Shown: positions 37,241 through 50,200 of the stretch, in pieces
Numbering within the stretch: position 1 is the first letter of the stretch
How the letters are laid out: every line of letters starts with the position of its first letter
DNA from: Puccinia triticina
Taxonomy: Eukaryota
NCBI GenBank assembly: GCA_026914245.1
Contig: CP110439.1
Location: 3,906,001-3,970,000 of the forward strand
Length of the DNA stretch: 64,000 bases
Direction: 5' to 3'
Position numbers and translations under genes: made by a program
Notes under the pieces: generated by a model
Databases searched by the model: none
Seen by the model: only the letters and a program-made list of their open reading frames with translations
What the model was told of the DNA's origin: nothing

Positions 37241-38163
37241 GGTATCAACTTGGTATTTTGGAGCCTGTACTCAGTTTTTTGGAGCTTAGACTCACTCTTG
37301 CATAAATTATGCAATTTGCATGTAATCAACCAGTGCTTGATTCTTGCATGAGGCACCGCTTGCCTTGAGCTCTTGCTTCTCAACTGCAAGCAGTTTCTAT
37401 AGTTTTTCTTGCAGTGAGAGTTTATAAACTATTTACTATTACAACTGGGGGACAAGTTGTGGTCAGAAGGTTAACATACATATTCATCTGGAGGGAGGAG
37501 AAAGGAGTGAAAGATGTGTGACAGGGAGAGAAATGTAAACCTCGGCAGTTGCAGTTTCAACACAATTCAGTCACAAAAAAGGACTTCTCAAGGCCCCAAA
37601 AAATTTAAAAGATATGCAAAAAGAAACTGCATGATCTTCTGCATCTTTCTTTCCCCAAAGCTTTGATCACCTACTCAGAAATGATGTGGACATAGAGGAT
37701 TGAAAAATTTGTTTTTCCCTAATTCTCTACTCCTGGGGGTAAGAATTAGTGTGTAAGCTCCTCATTTAAAGGGTCACTAGGGGACAGTGTATCCCCTCCC
37801 ATGATAGAGGGACTTAGTTGAGAACTTGATTTATGTGTAGGTGCTGTTTCAGGAAACCCCAATTCAGGAAATTGAGGCTCCTGAAACAGAACCTACAGAA
37901 CTGAGCCAAATTTTACCCAAATAAGAAAAACACATGATTTTTTCCTGAATTTGGAGTCTTGAACTAGGACCTGCCCCATGTTTGAAACCCCTATTACTTT
38001 GATAATAACTAGAGGCCAAGGCGGCTTCGCCGCTGCAAATTTATAGTTTCAGGGCCAGCACCTCCAGCATCAGACCCTCTCCCCATTCTCGTCCACAGGC
38101 CAGTAAATGCCCTATGAAAAGCACATTTTAGATATGAAATGCATCCATAAACTCCAGGTTGTG

Positions 38164-38230
38164 TTAAAGGATAGATACATAAAATTATAAATAAAGTTAA
38201 AGGATAGATACATAAAATTATAAATAAAGC
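38164..38230. repeat. 33-bp tandem duplication
   Basis: TTAAAGGATAGATACATAAAATTATAAATAAAG occurs twice. Confidence 0.85.
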
Positions 38231-38852
38231 CCTGAGTCCCATAGGACTTTATTGAATTTACTTATCTTATCCCAGCACTGATGGGGTTTTTCCATCTCAA
38301 TTGCACAGGCATAGCAAGTATTGCTGGTTTGAGTAAGGCAGTGTTGGTGCCTGGAACTGGGAGTTGAAGTGTTGAGATTAAAAGGAAACCTAGAACCAGT
38401 ACACTTGATAAATCCTGATGCCTTCCCACCATCAAAATCTAAACCATAACTGCTGAGCAAGTTTTTCATTCCACCATCTCAAATTTTCCCAGTCTCCAGC
38501 AATATTCAACAAATCTTTCAGTGTGCCTGAGTGGCTGGAGAGTTTCACAAAACACAGTTCAATATGGATCCCCCGTCCAATCTCCCCAGCCACTTTCCAA
38601 GCCCACAAACACCACCCACCCAAAGAACCCACCCAGCCCACCCCCACGCCTATAAGCCCCACCAAGAAGGCGAGGCGCGATTGAGGTCAAACACTGCCTA
38701 GTGTGGCGGGGGGAGCTTTGAAAAAGTGGACACGGAAGCGGCGGGCTTGTCCACATTCTTCTCGCAGTTGTGGCGCTTGATAAAGCCTACAAAGCCAACC
38801 AACCATCCGATCAACATCTCTCGCGACCAAACAGCACAAAAATAGAAGGTGT

Positions 38853-40190
38853 TTATGTACCTGTGCTTAAGGCCGCGGGCCGGGGCGTGCCGTGCAACTT
38901 GACAAAGAGGCCGCAGGCGTTACAGAGCGGCCGGCCATCGACGTAGCGTTGAGCGTCGTTTCCTGCGTCCGTCCGTCGGCCTGTCCGTCGGAAAACAAAC
39001 CCACATCGTGGTGAGCTCGGGATCGCCGTTGGAGAGGAGAGAGAGAGGAGACGCACGGTGGTTTAGCAGTCCAGATACTGGATGGCGCTGGGTCCGGGCC
39101 CCACCGGCCCATGCGCTCCGGCCCCGTCCTGGTTGGCGGCAGCGTAGGTAAGCTGCTTGGAGCGCTTGCGCGTCTTGCTGATCAGGCTGGGATGGTTGCT
39201 CCTGTCGCCGCTGAAGCTGATCTTGGACGGCCCCTCGTCGTTGCCGGTGGCCGCAGTAGCGGCTCTGCTGCTGCAATTTCTTTCTCTATCTTGGGGCTGG
39301 TGTTGGCGGTGTTGATGCGCAGCGAGAGGCCGCCGCGACTGGAGGCCTCGCTTGAGGTGCTTGGGCTGGGCACGAGCCGGACGAACTTGTATTCGCGGGC
39401 ACCGGCTCGAGCGGATCAAGGCTCCTCCAGCTGCAAAGAAGAGCTGCAGAGTCGCTCTCTCGCCTCCTCGGCCTTGGAATGCCAGATCGTCTGACGAGTT
39501 TGAGTGCGAGCTCGGACAAGGGGACTGGAAGTGTGTGTTAAACTTGCCCTTGTTTGAAGTGATTGGGGACAATGTTGAGTTGAATAAATCCAAGTAGTCT
39601 GGCTGGGCCTGCTAAAAAAACCATCAACTTTAAGAGAAATGCCTACGACCTCTGGAATCTACGCGAGACAGCTGACCTTTCATATCCAGACGGATTGAGG
39701 CCCATAAGATACTGGCCCTCCTGGGAATCAGTCGCAGTGTTGGGGCAAACCAAGGACTGGTTAGTCCGCAAGCAACTAAGGTTGTCGAAGCAAGTAGGCA
39801 AGTGGTTGGCCGAGTCGGGGGCGCGTTTAGGATGGTGCTGCTGGGGGAGGATCTCGTCGAATTGGTCTTGCGGACCAGTCTGGGGATGTAAACATACTCG
39901 GCAAGGTATTGGCAATGCCAATGCCAGAGAAGTCCTGGGTGAGGCCGGGTATTGAGCCGAGGAAGGAGTCCTGGGAGGACTTGATGGGCAGGTGCAAAGA
40001 GCCACACTAAACTTGCCCAGCGGTCGTCAGCTTCCCCGCTGCCAGCCTTGGCGCACAATAATGTTGGTCTAAGAAGCAAAATATGTACTGATGAACTGGA
40101 GCTGATGTGGGTGGCAAGGCATTGTGATACGGTTGAACTGTGGCGCGCAGGGCAAGTGATGGTTGCAACTTGCCAGTATGGTGGAGGGGA
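38853..40190 (-). pseudogene. Disrupted GATA zinc-finger transcription factor copy
   Basis: [21 protein letters not shown] is the C-terminal half of a GATA finger. The first half reads IQYLDC*TT across a GTGCGT..GCAG intron, upstream frames are broken, and the sequence is truncated after the finger. Confidence 0.8.
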
Positions 40191-42281
40191 GCAACGGAGG
40201 CGCTAGCGGCGTGGTTTGGGTGGCCAACGGGGCAGCGGTGGAGACGAGGTCAGCTGCACCAGTGTGAGGCTTTGGTCAACAGGTATTTAAAGGGAGTGTG
40301 AGATGGGCAATGTTCCCCCGGCCCAGGGGTTCCGGTTTTGTCCTGGCCCCTCCCTGCAGGCCCCCTACTTCGCTTGATTAGGCCCCTGCTTGAGACAACA
40401 AAATGCCGACTCTTTTTTGCTTGTTGCACTGTCACAAGCTGGAGAGTCTATCCGTGGCACCTAGTGTTCGGGGGTAATCTATTCAACAGTGGCCAAATTA
40501 GGCTGCACACCAAAACTTAGATCTTTTTTGCCATGTTTTTGTGAATTTAATAAACTTGGATTAGGGGGTTTCGAAAATATTTTTGTCAACCCTTGAGACA
40601 TTTAGAACGTCCAAGAGGGTTGCAAAATATAAAAATTCTTGTTAATAATATAATATAAAATTTTACAGGAAGCGCGGATGCAGATATTAAAACTGTTCTA
40701 ACCAAATGAGAGCGCAGAGCTAAAGAATGTGTAATAATATGCAATGCGCTAGAGCAGTGCTATGGAGTGTGAGAGCAGCGCGCAAGAAAACAGAGTAATG
40801 CATATATGCTTAAAGTAAGAAGAACCATAAGCAGTAGAAATAATAATCAAGAATTAACAAACAAACAAAACAAATAGTGAGGAAAAACTTTGACATGTAT
40901 GATGAGATGATCATAACCAAAGCCAGGGAAGAGAGAATATTTTTCTCTTTGAAAAGAGTTGGAGAGATTCTCTTCTTCCCCCAGAGAACAACAGATCAAT
41001 CATTTACTTGACTTCCTAATTGAAATCGTGAATAAAGGTAATATACTACTTAGGATGACTCTCTAATAGACTACTATTATTAGTACTCAAGTATTAGACT
41101 CTTTTATAATCTAGTGTCTTTCTTAATCTACTTTGGAGATTGGAGCCAGATAATGATTGGTATAAATCTCTTGTTACTTTTCCTCAGATTCACCTGAACT
41201 CACTAAGCTATTGTACTTGTTAGAGATATTGCTACCAGGTTCTCATCCTGTAAGTTTAGACTCCTAATCCTTACAAAAGGTCAAAGATACATTTCTCTTA
41301 TAAATATCCTCTTCCTGAACTCCTTTCCTTTTCCCCTATCTCTAAGGTGTTCAAAGTTTGTTTAAATAAAATCATAGAATCATAAATCATAAAATCATAA
41401 AATGTTTTTTTGCAGGAGTTTTCCAAATTATGATTTCATGTAACACATTTGACTCCAAAAACCCCCCCATTCCATAACCTACATATTCCCCTGATCATGC
41501 ATTGCAAGTCCAATTGGAAGCAGATCCTTGAGCATATGGAGATGACCCTTGTGGCATCCCTTTGGAAGATGAAGATGGCAAAACAACAGGCTAAGGCTTC
41601 TCAGATCAACCCAGCACAGCACCTCAGCTTCAATTTCCTCTTAGCAACCATCCTCAATAAGAAGAAAATCCTCTCAAATAGGCAACTCTTGATTCATGTC
41701 AACACATCCCTTGTCAACTACCACCTGAAGAAATCATCAATCACCCATCAGCAAAACATATTCCAATCTCAATTCAAAGAGTCAAAGAAACAGGTCTTCT
41801 TACTTCTCACGCTGATCAATGAAATCTTGACAACCCAATATATGGTACCCAGGAGCACTCGGCTGAACATAAAATACTATCTATATATACCCCTGGGTTT
41901 TATTGGCAATAACCCAAACGTGTGATTTTATCCAGAAAGAAACCAAAAGATCATATATATAACTTTGATCTAACCTCTGATAGAATTCTATTGGAGAGGC
42001 TAGCATCAGCAGATTAAACAGTCTATTGAGACTAGACAAATATAGGTGCTATAGATGTGAATCTAAACATTATTAAGTCTTCCTTTATATTTTGTTCTCT
42101 TTCTCTCTCTTTTATCTAGATTTTTATAGTAATTATACATATATAATTACTATCCTTTTGTCCAGCTTGTTCTCTACGCAATAGCACCCGCTGAAAATTT
42201 TTGCCTGAGAGATTGAGGTGTTTTTGGCAAGGAAAGGTTTTCCCCACATTTTCCCCACCTTCCTGAAGGGAACCTATCCTC

Positions 42282-42830
42282 CACTGCCAATACGATTGTA
42301 TTGGATGGCTACATCCGCGCTTACGTCGGACGTCTTGAACCGTTGTTACATCGGCGCAAGCGTCCGACGTAACTTTCTGGCGATGTTACATCGGCGATGG
42401 CAGACGTTACATCGCCGTGGTCCGATTTGAAAAGGCCGGTGGGCAATGTAACATTGCCGGACATCCCACCGACGCAACCCTTGGTCGATGTTGTGTCGAC
42501 CAGGTCGTAAACCGACTCAAATGCCCCCCGACTCAACATCGGCCCAAAGCAACATTGCATCGGCCATCAGCGACGCAATGGGCGACTCAAAATCATGTTG
42601 CACCGCTTTTGGATCGGCAGTCGCGAGTCTTCACCGGTATGGCTCGATGCAACCTTGGCGCTGGTCGACACAACACCGGTTTCACTCGATACAATATCAC
42701 TCTAGCTTGATGCAAACCCGCCGCAGGTCGACACAATGTCGTTCTCCGCCGATGCAATATCGGCCTTGCCAATGCAATCTTGGTCAGATGACCCGATGCA
42801 ATCCCAAGCTCATGACCTGGTTTCTGGACT
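42282..42830 (+). repeat. CACTA-like subterminal repeat region (mirror copy ~52640-53191)
   Basis: Many GTTACATCG/CGATGCAA-type motifs in both orientations. Confidence 0.7.
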
Positions 42831-43662
42831 GTCCAGAAGGCAAATGAAAAGATAAAAGACGAGCTGACTAGTAGTTAGTGTTTTGCTATCACAGTGGCGA
42901 ACTGCTATTCACAGAGAAATGATTGACAAAGGTATATGTTCCCCTCCCCACAAAACATCTCCCATAATCAATCTGCTAATTTACCCCAACCAATTTTTCT
43001 TTGCACCATACAAGACCAGGCAGTTCATAGTTTCAGGCATAACTGAGCAGCTGTTTTTTTTTTTTTTAGATCTGCACCAGTGCATCACTTAATGCAGGGA
43101 ACCCTTCAGAAAGGGGGAAAAAAGGGTGGGAACCCAATCTGTTGAAAATTCATTGGAAATTGCAGCTTCATAGTGGGAACATTCTCATGCAGAACATGTG
43201 TGTTGAAAGAGATTTTTGAAATACACATGCCAAGGATAGTTTAATTTGAAGAAGGGTATGACAAAGTGTCCTCCCCACTCCATTTGAGTGGATACATGAA
43301 AAAAATGCAATGAAATGAAGATTAGTAATGAGAGGCTTGCTTGATCAAAGAAAAAGGTCAATTAATTTGGTAAATGCCATCAGGAGGCCCATTGAATATG
43401 ATGAGTTTTTGAGAGAAGTTGTGGCAGAGAGTCTGGTATTTCCATGAGATTGAGCCCCAGGGAATCCAGTTTTGAGCTACCCCCTCTCTGGGAGCCCGGT
43501 GACCACTTGATGTGGCCCTTCCTGGAAAAACTAACAACCAGCCCTTTATTCTTGCTGCTGTGGCACAGATGGGGGGTCATCCATAGGGCCTTTGGGGATT
43601 TTCAACTTGTAGCTGTGTTTAATTGATGTGTGCACTATATTGTCTTAGTTGCATATGCATAG

Positions 43663-43844
43663 TACTGGGGCACTTCCAGTCAACTTTGGAAAAATCTGGA
43701 ATTTTATATTTTGTGGGGAAATTTGAAGGTTGGAAATCTGGATCAATTAAGTTCTGGGAGCTTCAGGGACCTAGATTTCCCTACAAAATGTAAAATCTGT
43801 CTGCTCAGATCTGAATTTCCAGATATCCGGGAGGGCCTCCAGTG
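43663..43844. mobile_element. MITE (TGGAGGACTTCC family) in left arm; mirror copy 51609-51790
   Basis: TACTGGGGCACTTCC ... GGAGGGCCTCCAGTG with AGATTT/AAATCT interior. Confidence 0.6.
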
Positions 43845-44224
43845 TGCAACATCAAATCAGTTATCAAGGGTTTAAAAAAGGAACAGAACAAGAATGAGAT
43901 TTAACTATTTCTTGGGGGGACATAATCCCACAGGGACCCCAAAGGAGAGGCTTATCTGCTAAGTCAATCAGACAAAAGGTGCAGAAACTTGTGTGAGGTT
44001 GATTTTGAAGATGTATCATCTGACACAAATATAAATTGGCCCAGTAGGGTGTTTTAAACATGATGCAGGTTCTAGTTCAGGAGACCTAAATCAAGAAAGC
44101 AAACTTCATGCACCATTAACTTTCCATTTAGGTATCTTTTGGGTAAAATTAGATTCCAGTCTGCAGTCTCTGTTGCAGGAGTTGAATCAGACCAAAATGT
44201 ACTTTGAAGTTGAAAAATAATAAT

Positions 44225-47200
44225 GAATAGGGCCCCGGTACTCTGAATATTGCCTCTGGCACTATTAATAGGGAACCTGTACTCTGAATAGTGCCTCTGG
44301 CGCTATGAATGTGGCCCTGGTACTTTGTATAGTGCCTCCGGTACTTTTAATAGTGCCTCCAGTACTCCAAATATTGCCTCTGGTGCTCTTATCAGTCCCT
44401 CTGGCACTCTTGGAAGTGCCTCCGGTACTCTTAATAGTGCCTCTGGCACTCTTGGAAGTGCCTCTGGCACTATGAATAGTGCCCTGGTACTATGAATAGT
44501 GCCTCTGGCACTATGAATAGTGCCCTGGTACTATGAATAGTGCCTCTGGCACTATGAATAGTGCCCTGGTACTATGAATAGTGCCTCTGGCACTATGAAT
44601 AGTGCCTCTGGCACTATGAATAGTGCCCTGGTACTATGAATAGTGCCTCTGGCACTATGAATAGTGCCCTGGTACTATGAATAGTGCCTCTGGCACTATG
44701 AATAGTGCCTCTGGCACTATGAATAGTGCCCCGGTACTATGAATAGTGCCTCTGGCACTATGAATAGTGCCTCTGGCACTATGAATAGTGCCCCGGTACT
44801 ATGAATAGTGCCTCTGGCACTATGAATAGTGCCCCGGTACTATGAATAGTGCCTCTGGCACTATGAATAGTGCCCCGGTACTATGAATAGTGCCTCTGGC
44901 ACTATGAATAGTGCCCCGGTACTATGAATAGTGCCTCTGGCACTATGAATAGTGCCCTGGTACTATGAATAGTGCCTCTGGCACTATGAATAGTGCCCCG
45001 GTACTATGAATAGTGCCTCTGGCACTATGAATAGTGCCCCGGTACTATGAATAGTGCCTCTGGCACTATGAATAGTGCCCCGGTACTATGAATAGTGCCT
45101 CTGGCACTATGAATAGTGCCCCGGTACTATGAATAGTGCCTCTGGCACTATGAATAGTGCCCCGGTACTATGAATAGTGCCTCTGGCACTATGAATAGTG
45201 CCCCGGTACTATGAATAGTGCCTCTGGCACTATGAATAGTGCCCCGGTACTATGAATAGTGCCTCTGGCACTATGAATAGTGCCCCGGTACTATGAATAG
45301 TGCCTCTGGCACTATGAATAGTGCCCCGGTACTATGAATAGTGCCTCTGGCACTATGAATAGTGCCCCGGTACTATGAATAGTGCCTCTGGCACTATGAA
45401 TAGTGCCCCGGTACTATGAATAGTGCCTCTGGCACTATGAATAGTGCCCCGGTACTATGAATAGTGCCTCTGGCACTATGAATAGTGCCCCGGTACTATG
45501 AATAGTGCCTCTGGCACTATGAATAGTGCCCTGGTACTATGAATAGTGCCTCTGGCACTATGAATAGTGCCCTGGTACTATGAATAGTGCCTCTGGCACT
45601 ATGAATAGTGCCCTGGTACTATGAATAGTGCCTCTGGCACTATGAATAGTGCCCTGGTACTATGAATAGTGCCTCTGGCACTATGAATAGTGCCCTGGTA
45701 CTATGAATAGTGCCTCTGGCACTATGAATAGTGCCCTGGTACTATGAATAGTGCCTCTGGCACTATGAATAGTGCCCTGGTACTATGAATAGTGCCTCTG
45801 GCACTATGAATAGTGCCCTGGTACTATGAATAGTGCCTCTGGCACTATGAATAGTGCCCTGGTACTATGAATAGTGCCTCTGGCACTATGAATAGTGCCT
45901 CTGGCACTATGAATAGTGCCCCGGTACTATGAATAGTGCCTCTGGCACTATGAATAGTGCCTCTGGCACTATGAATAGTGCCCCGGTACTATGAATAGTG
46001 CCTCTGGCACTATGAATAGTGCCCCGGTACTATGAATAGTGCCTCTGGCACTATGAATAGTGCCTCTGGCACTATGAATAGTGCCCCGGTACTATGAATA
46101 GTGCCTCTGGCACTATGAATAGTGCCCCGGTACTATGAATAGTGCCTCTGGCACTATGAATAGTGCCCCGGTACTATGAATAGTGCCTCTGGCACTATGA
46201 ATAGTGCCCCGGTACTATGAATAGTGCCTCTGGCACTATGAATAGTGCCCCGGTACTATGAATAGTGCCTCTGGCACTATGAATAGTGCCCCGGTACTAT
46301 GAATAGTGCCTCTGGCACTATGAATAGTGCCCCGGTACTATGAATAGTGCCTCTGGCACTATGAATAGTGCCCCGGTACTATGAATAGTGCCTCTGGCAC
46401 TATGAATAGTGCCCCGGTACTATGAATAGTGCCTCTGGCACTATGAATAGTGCCCCGGTACTATGAATAGTGCCTCTGGCACTATGAATAGTGCCCCGGT
46501 ACTATGAATAGTGCCTCTGGCACTATGAATAGTGCCCCGGTACTATGAATAGTGCCTCTGGCACTATGAATAGTGCCCCGGTACTATGAATAGTGCCTCT
46601 GGCACTATGAATAGTGCCCCGGTACTATGAATAGTGCCTCTGGCACTATGAATAGTGCCCCGGTACTATGAATAGTGCCTCTGGCACTATGAATAGTGCC
46701 CCGGTACTATGAATAGTGCCTCTGGCACTATGAATAGTGCCCCGGTACTATGAATAGTGCCTCTGGCACTATGAATAGTGCCCCGGGTACTATGAATAGT
46801 GCCTCTGGCACTATGAATAGTGCCCCGGTACTATGAATAGTGCCTCTGGCACTATGAATAGTGCCCCGGTACTATGAATAGTGCCTCTGGCACTATGAAT
46901 AGTGCCCCGGTACTATGAATAGTGCCTCTGGCACTATGAATAGTGCCCCGGTACTATGAATAGTGCCTCTGGCACTATGAATAGTGCCCCGGTACTATGA
47001 ATAGTGCCTCTGGCACTATGAATAGTGCCCCGGTACTATGAATAGTGCCTCTGGCACTATGAATAGTGCCCCGGTACTATGAATAGTGCCTCTGGCACTA
47101 TGAATAGTGCCCCGGTACTATGAATAGTGCCTCTGGCACTATGAATAGTGCCCCGGTACTATGAATAGTGCCTCTGGCACTATGAATAGTGCCCCGGTAC

Positions 47201-50200
47201 TATGAATAGTGCCTCTGGCACTATGAATAGTGCCCCGGTACTATGAATAGTGCCTCTGGCACTATGAATAGTGCCCCGGTACTATGAATAGTGCCTCTGG
47301 CACTATGAATAGTGCCCCGGTACTATGAATAGTGCCTCTGGCACTATGAATAGTGCCCCGGTACTATGAATAGTGCCTCTGGCACTATGAATAGTGCCCC
47401 GGTACTATGAATAGTGCCTCTGGCACTGTGAATAGTGCCCCGGTACTATGAATAGTGCCTCTGGCACTATGAATAGTGCCCCGGTACTATGAATAGTGCC
47501 TCTGGCACTATGAATAGTGCCCCGGTACTATGAATAGTGCCTCTGGCACTATGAATAGTGCCCCGGTACTATGAATAGTGCCTCTGGCACTATGAATAGT
47601 GCCCTGGTACTATGAATAGTGCCTCTGGCACTATGAATAGTGCCCTGGTACTATGAATAGTGCCTCTGGCACTATGAATAGTGCCCTGGTACTATGAATA
47701 GTGCCTCTGGCACTATGAATAGTGCCCTGGTACTATGAATAGTGCCTCTGGCACTATGAATAGTGCCCTGGTACTATGAATAGTGCCTCTGGCACTATGA
47801 ATAGTGCCCCGGTACTATGAATAGTGCCTCTGGCACTATGAATAGTGCCCCGGTACTATGAATAGTGCCTCTGGCACTATGAATAGTGCCCTGGTACTAT
47901 GAATAGTGCCTCTGGCACTATGAATAGTGCCCTGGTACTATGAATAGTGCCTCTGGCACTATGAATAGTGCCCCGGTACTATGAATAGTGCCTCTGGCAC
48001 TATGAATAGTGCCCTGGTACTATGAATAGTGCCTCTGGCACTATGAATAGTGCCCTGGTACTATGAATAGTGCCTCTGGCACTATGAATAGTGCCTCTGG
48101 CACTATGAATAGTGCCCCGGTACTATGAATAGTGCCTCTGGCACTATGAATAGTGCCTCTGGCACTATGAATAGTGCCCCGGTACTATGAATAGTGCCTC
48201 TGGCACTATGAATAGTGCCCCGGTACTATGAATAGTGCCTCTGGCACTATGAATAGTGCCCCGGTACTATGAATAGTGCCTCTGGCACTATGAATAGTGC
48301 CTCTGGCACTATGAATAGTGCCCCGGTACTATGAATAGTGCCTCTGGCACTATGAATAGTGCCCCGGTACTATGAATAGTGCCTCTGGCACTATGAATAG
48401 TGCCCCGGTACTATGAATAGTGCCTCTGGCACTATGAATAGTGCCCCGGTACTATGAATAGTGCCTCTGGCACTATGAATAGTGCCCCGGTACTATGAAT
48501 AGTGCCTCTGGCACTATGAATAGTGCCCCGGTACTATGAATAGTGCCTCTGGCACTATGAATAGTGCCCCGGTACTATGAATAGTGCCTCTGGCACTATG
48601 AATAGTGCCCCGGTACTATGAATAGTGCCTCTGGCACTATGAATAGTGCCCCGGTACTATGAATAGTGCCTCTGGCACTATGAATAGTGCCCCGGTACTA
48701 TGAATAGTGCCTCTGGCACTATGAATAGTGCCCCGGTACTATGAATAGTGCCTCTGGCACTATGAATAGTGCCCCGGTACTATGAATAGTGCCAGACACT
48801 ATTCATAGTACCGGGGCACTATGAATAGTGCCCCGGTACTATGAATAGTGCCTCTGGCACTATGAATAGTGCCCCGGTACTATGAATAGTGCCTCTGGCA
48901 CTATGAATAGTGCCCCGGTACTATGAATAGTGGCTCTGGCACTATGAATAGTGCCCCGGTACTATGAATAGTGTCTGGCACTATGAATAGTACCGGGGCA
49001 CTATTCAGCCAGAGGCACTATTCATAGTGCCAGAGGCACTATTCATAGTGCCAGAGGCACTATTCATAGTGCCAGAGGCACTATTCATAGTGCCAGAGGC
49101 ACTATTCATAGTGCCAGAGGCACTATTCATAGTGCCAGAGGCACTATTCATAGTGCCAGAGGCACTATTCATAGTGCCAGAGGCACTATTCATAGTGCCA
49201 GAGGCACTATTCATAGTGCCAGAGGCACTATTCATAGTGCCAGAGGCACTATTCATAGTGCCAGAGGCACTATTCATAGTGCCAGAGGCACTATTCATAG
49301 TGCCAGAGGCACTATTCATAGTGCCAGAGGCACTATTCATAGTGCCAGAGGCACTATTCATAGTGCCAGAGGCACTATTCATAGTGCCAGAGGCACTATT
49401 CATAGTGCCAGAGGCACTATTCATAGTGCCAGAGGCACTATTCATAGTGCCAGAGGCACTATTCATAGTGCCAGAGGCACTATTCATAGTGCCAGAGGCA
49501 CTATTCATAGTGCCAGAGGCACTATTCATAGTGCCAGAGGCACTATTCATAGTGCCAGAGGCACTATTCATAGTGCCAGAGGCACTATTCATAGTGCCAG
49601 AGGCACTATTCATAGTGCCAGAGGCACTATTCATAGTGCCAGAGGCACTATTCATAGTGCCAGAGGCACTATTCATAGTGCCAGAGGCACTATTCATAGT
49701 GCCAGAGGCACTATTCATAGTGCCAGAGGCACTATTCATAGTGCCAGAGGCACTATTCATAGTGCCAGAGGCACTATTCATAGTGCCAGAGGCACTATTC
49801 ATAGTGCCAGAGGCACTATTCATAGTGCCAGAGGCACTATTCATAGTGCCAGAGGCACTATTCATAGTGCCAGAGGCACTATTCATAGTGCCAGAGGCAC
49901 TATTCATAGTGCCAGAGGCACTATTCATAGTGCCAGAGGCACTATTCATAGTGCCAGAGGCACTATTCATAGTGCCAGAGGCACTATTCATAGTGCCAGA
50001 GGCACTATTCATAGTGCCAGAGGCACTATTCATAGTGCCAGAGGCACTATTCATAGTGCCAGAGGCACTATTCATAGTGCCAGAGGCACTATTCATAGTG
50101 CCAGAGGCACTATTCATAGTGCCAGAGGCACTATTCATAGTGCCAGAGGCACTATTCATAGTGCCAGAGGCACTATTCATAGTGCCAGAGGCACTATTCA

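Larger units (their letters stand above)
35573..37416. mobile_element. Non-autonomous CACTA-like element, possible 2-bp TSD AG
   Basis: CACCCAAGAAAAATTCTAGAAACTGCTTGCAGTTGAG ... CTCAACTGCAAGCAGTTTCTATAGTTTTTCTTGCAGTG. Confidence 0.7.

Noticed and set aside
40620..42180. LTR-like AT-rich segments and ORF 41449-41925
   Set aside because: Boundaries and TSDs not resolvable; the ORF has no recognisable domain.
42218..43092. ORFs mirrored in both palindrome arms
   Set aside because: Translations of subterminal repeats; duplicated only because the arms are inverted copies.
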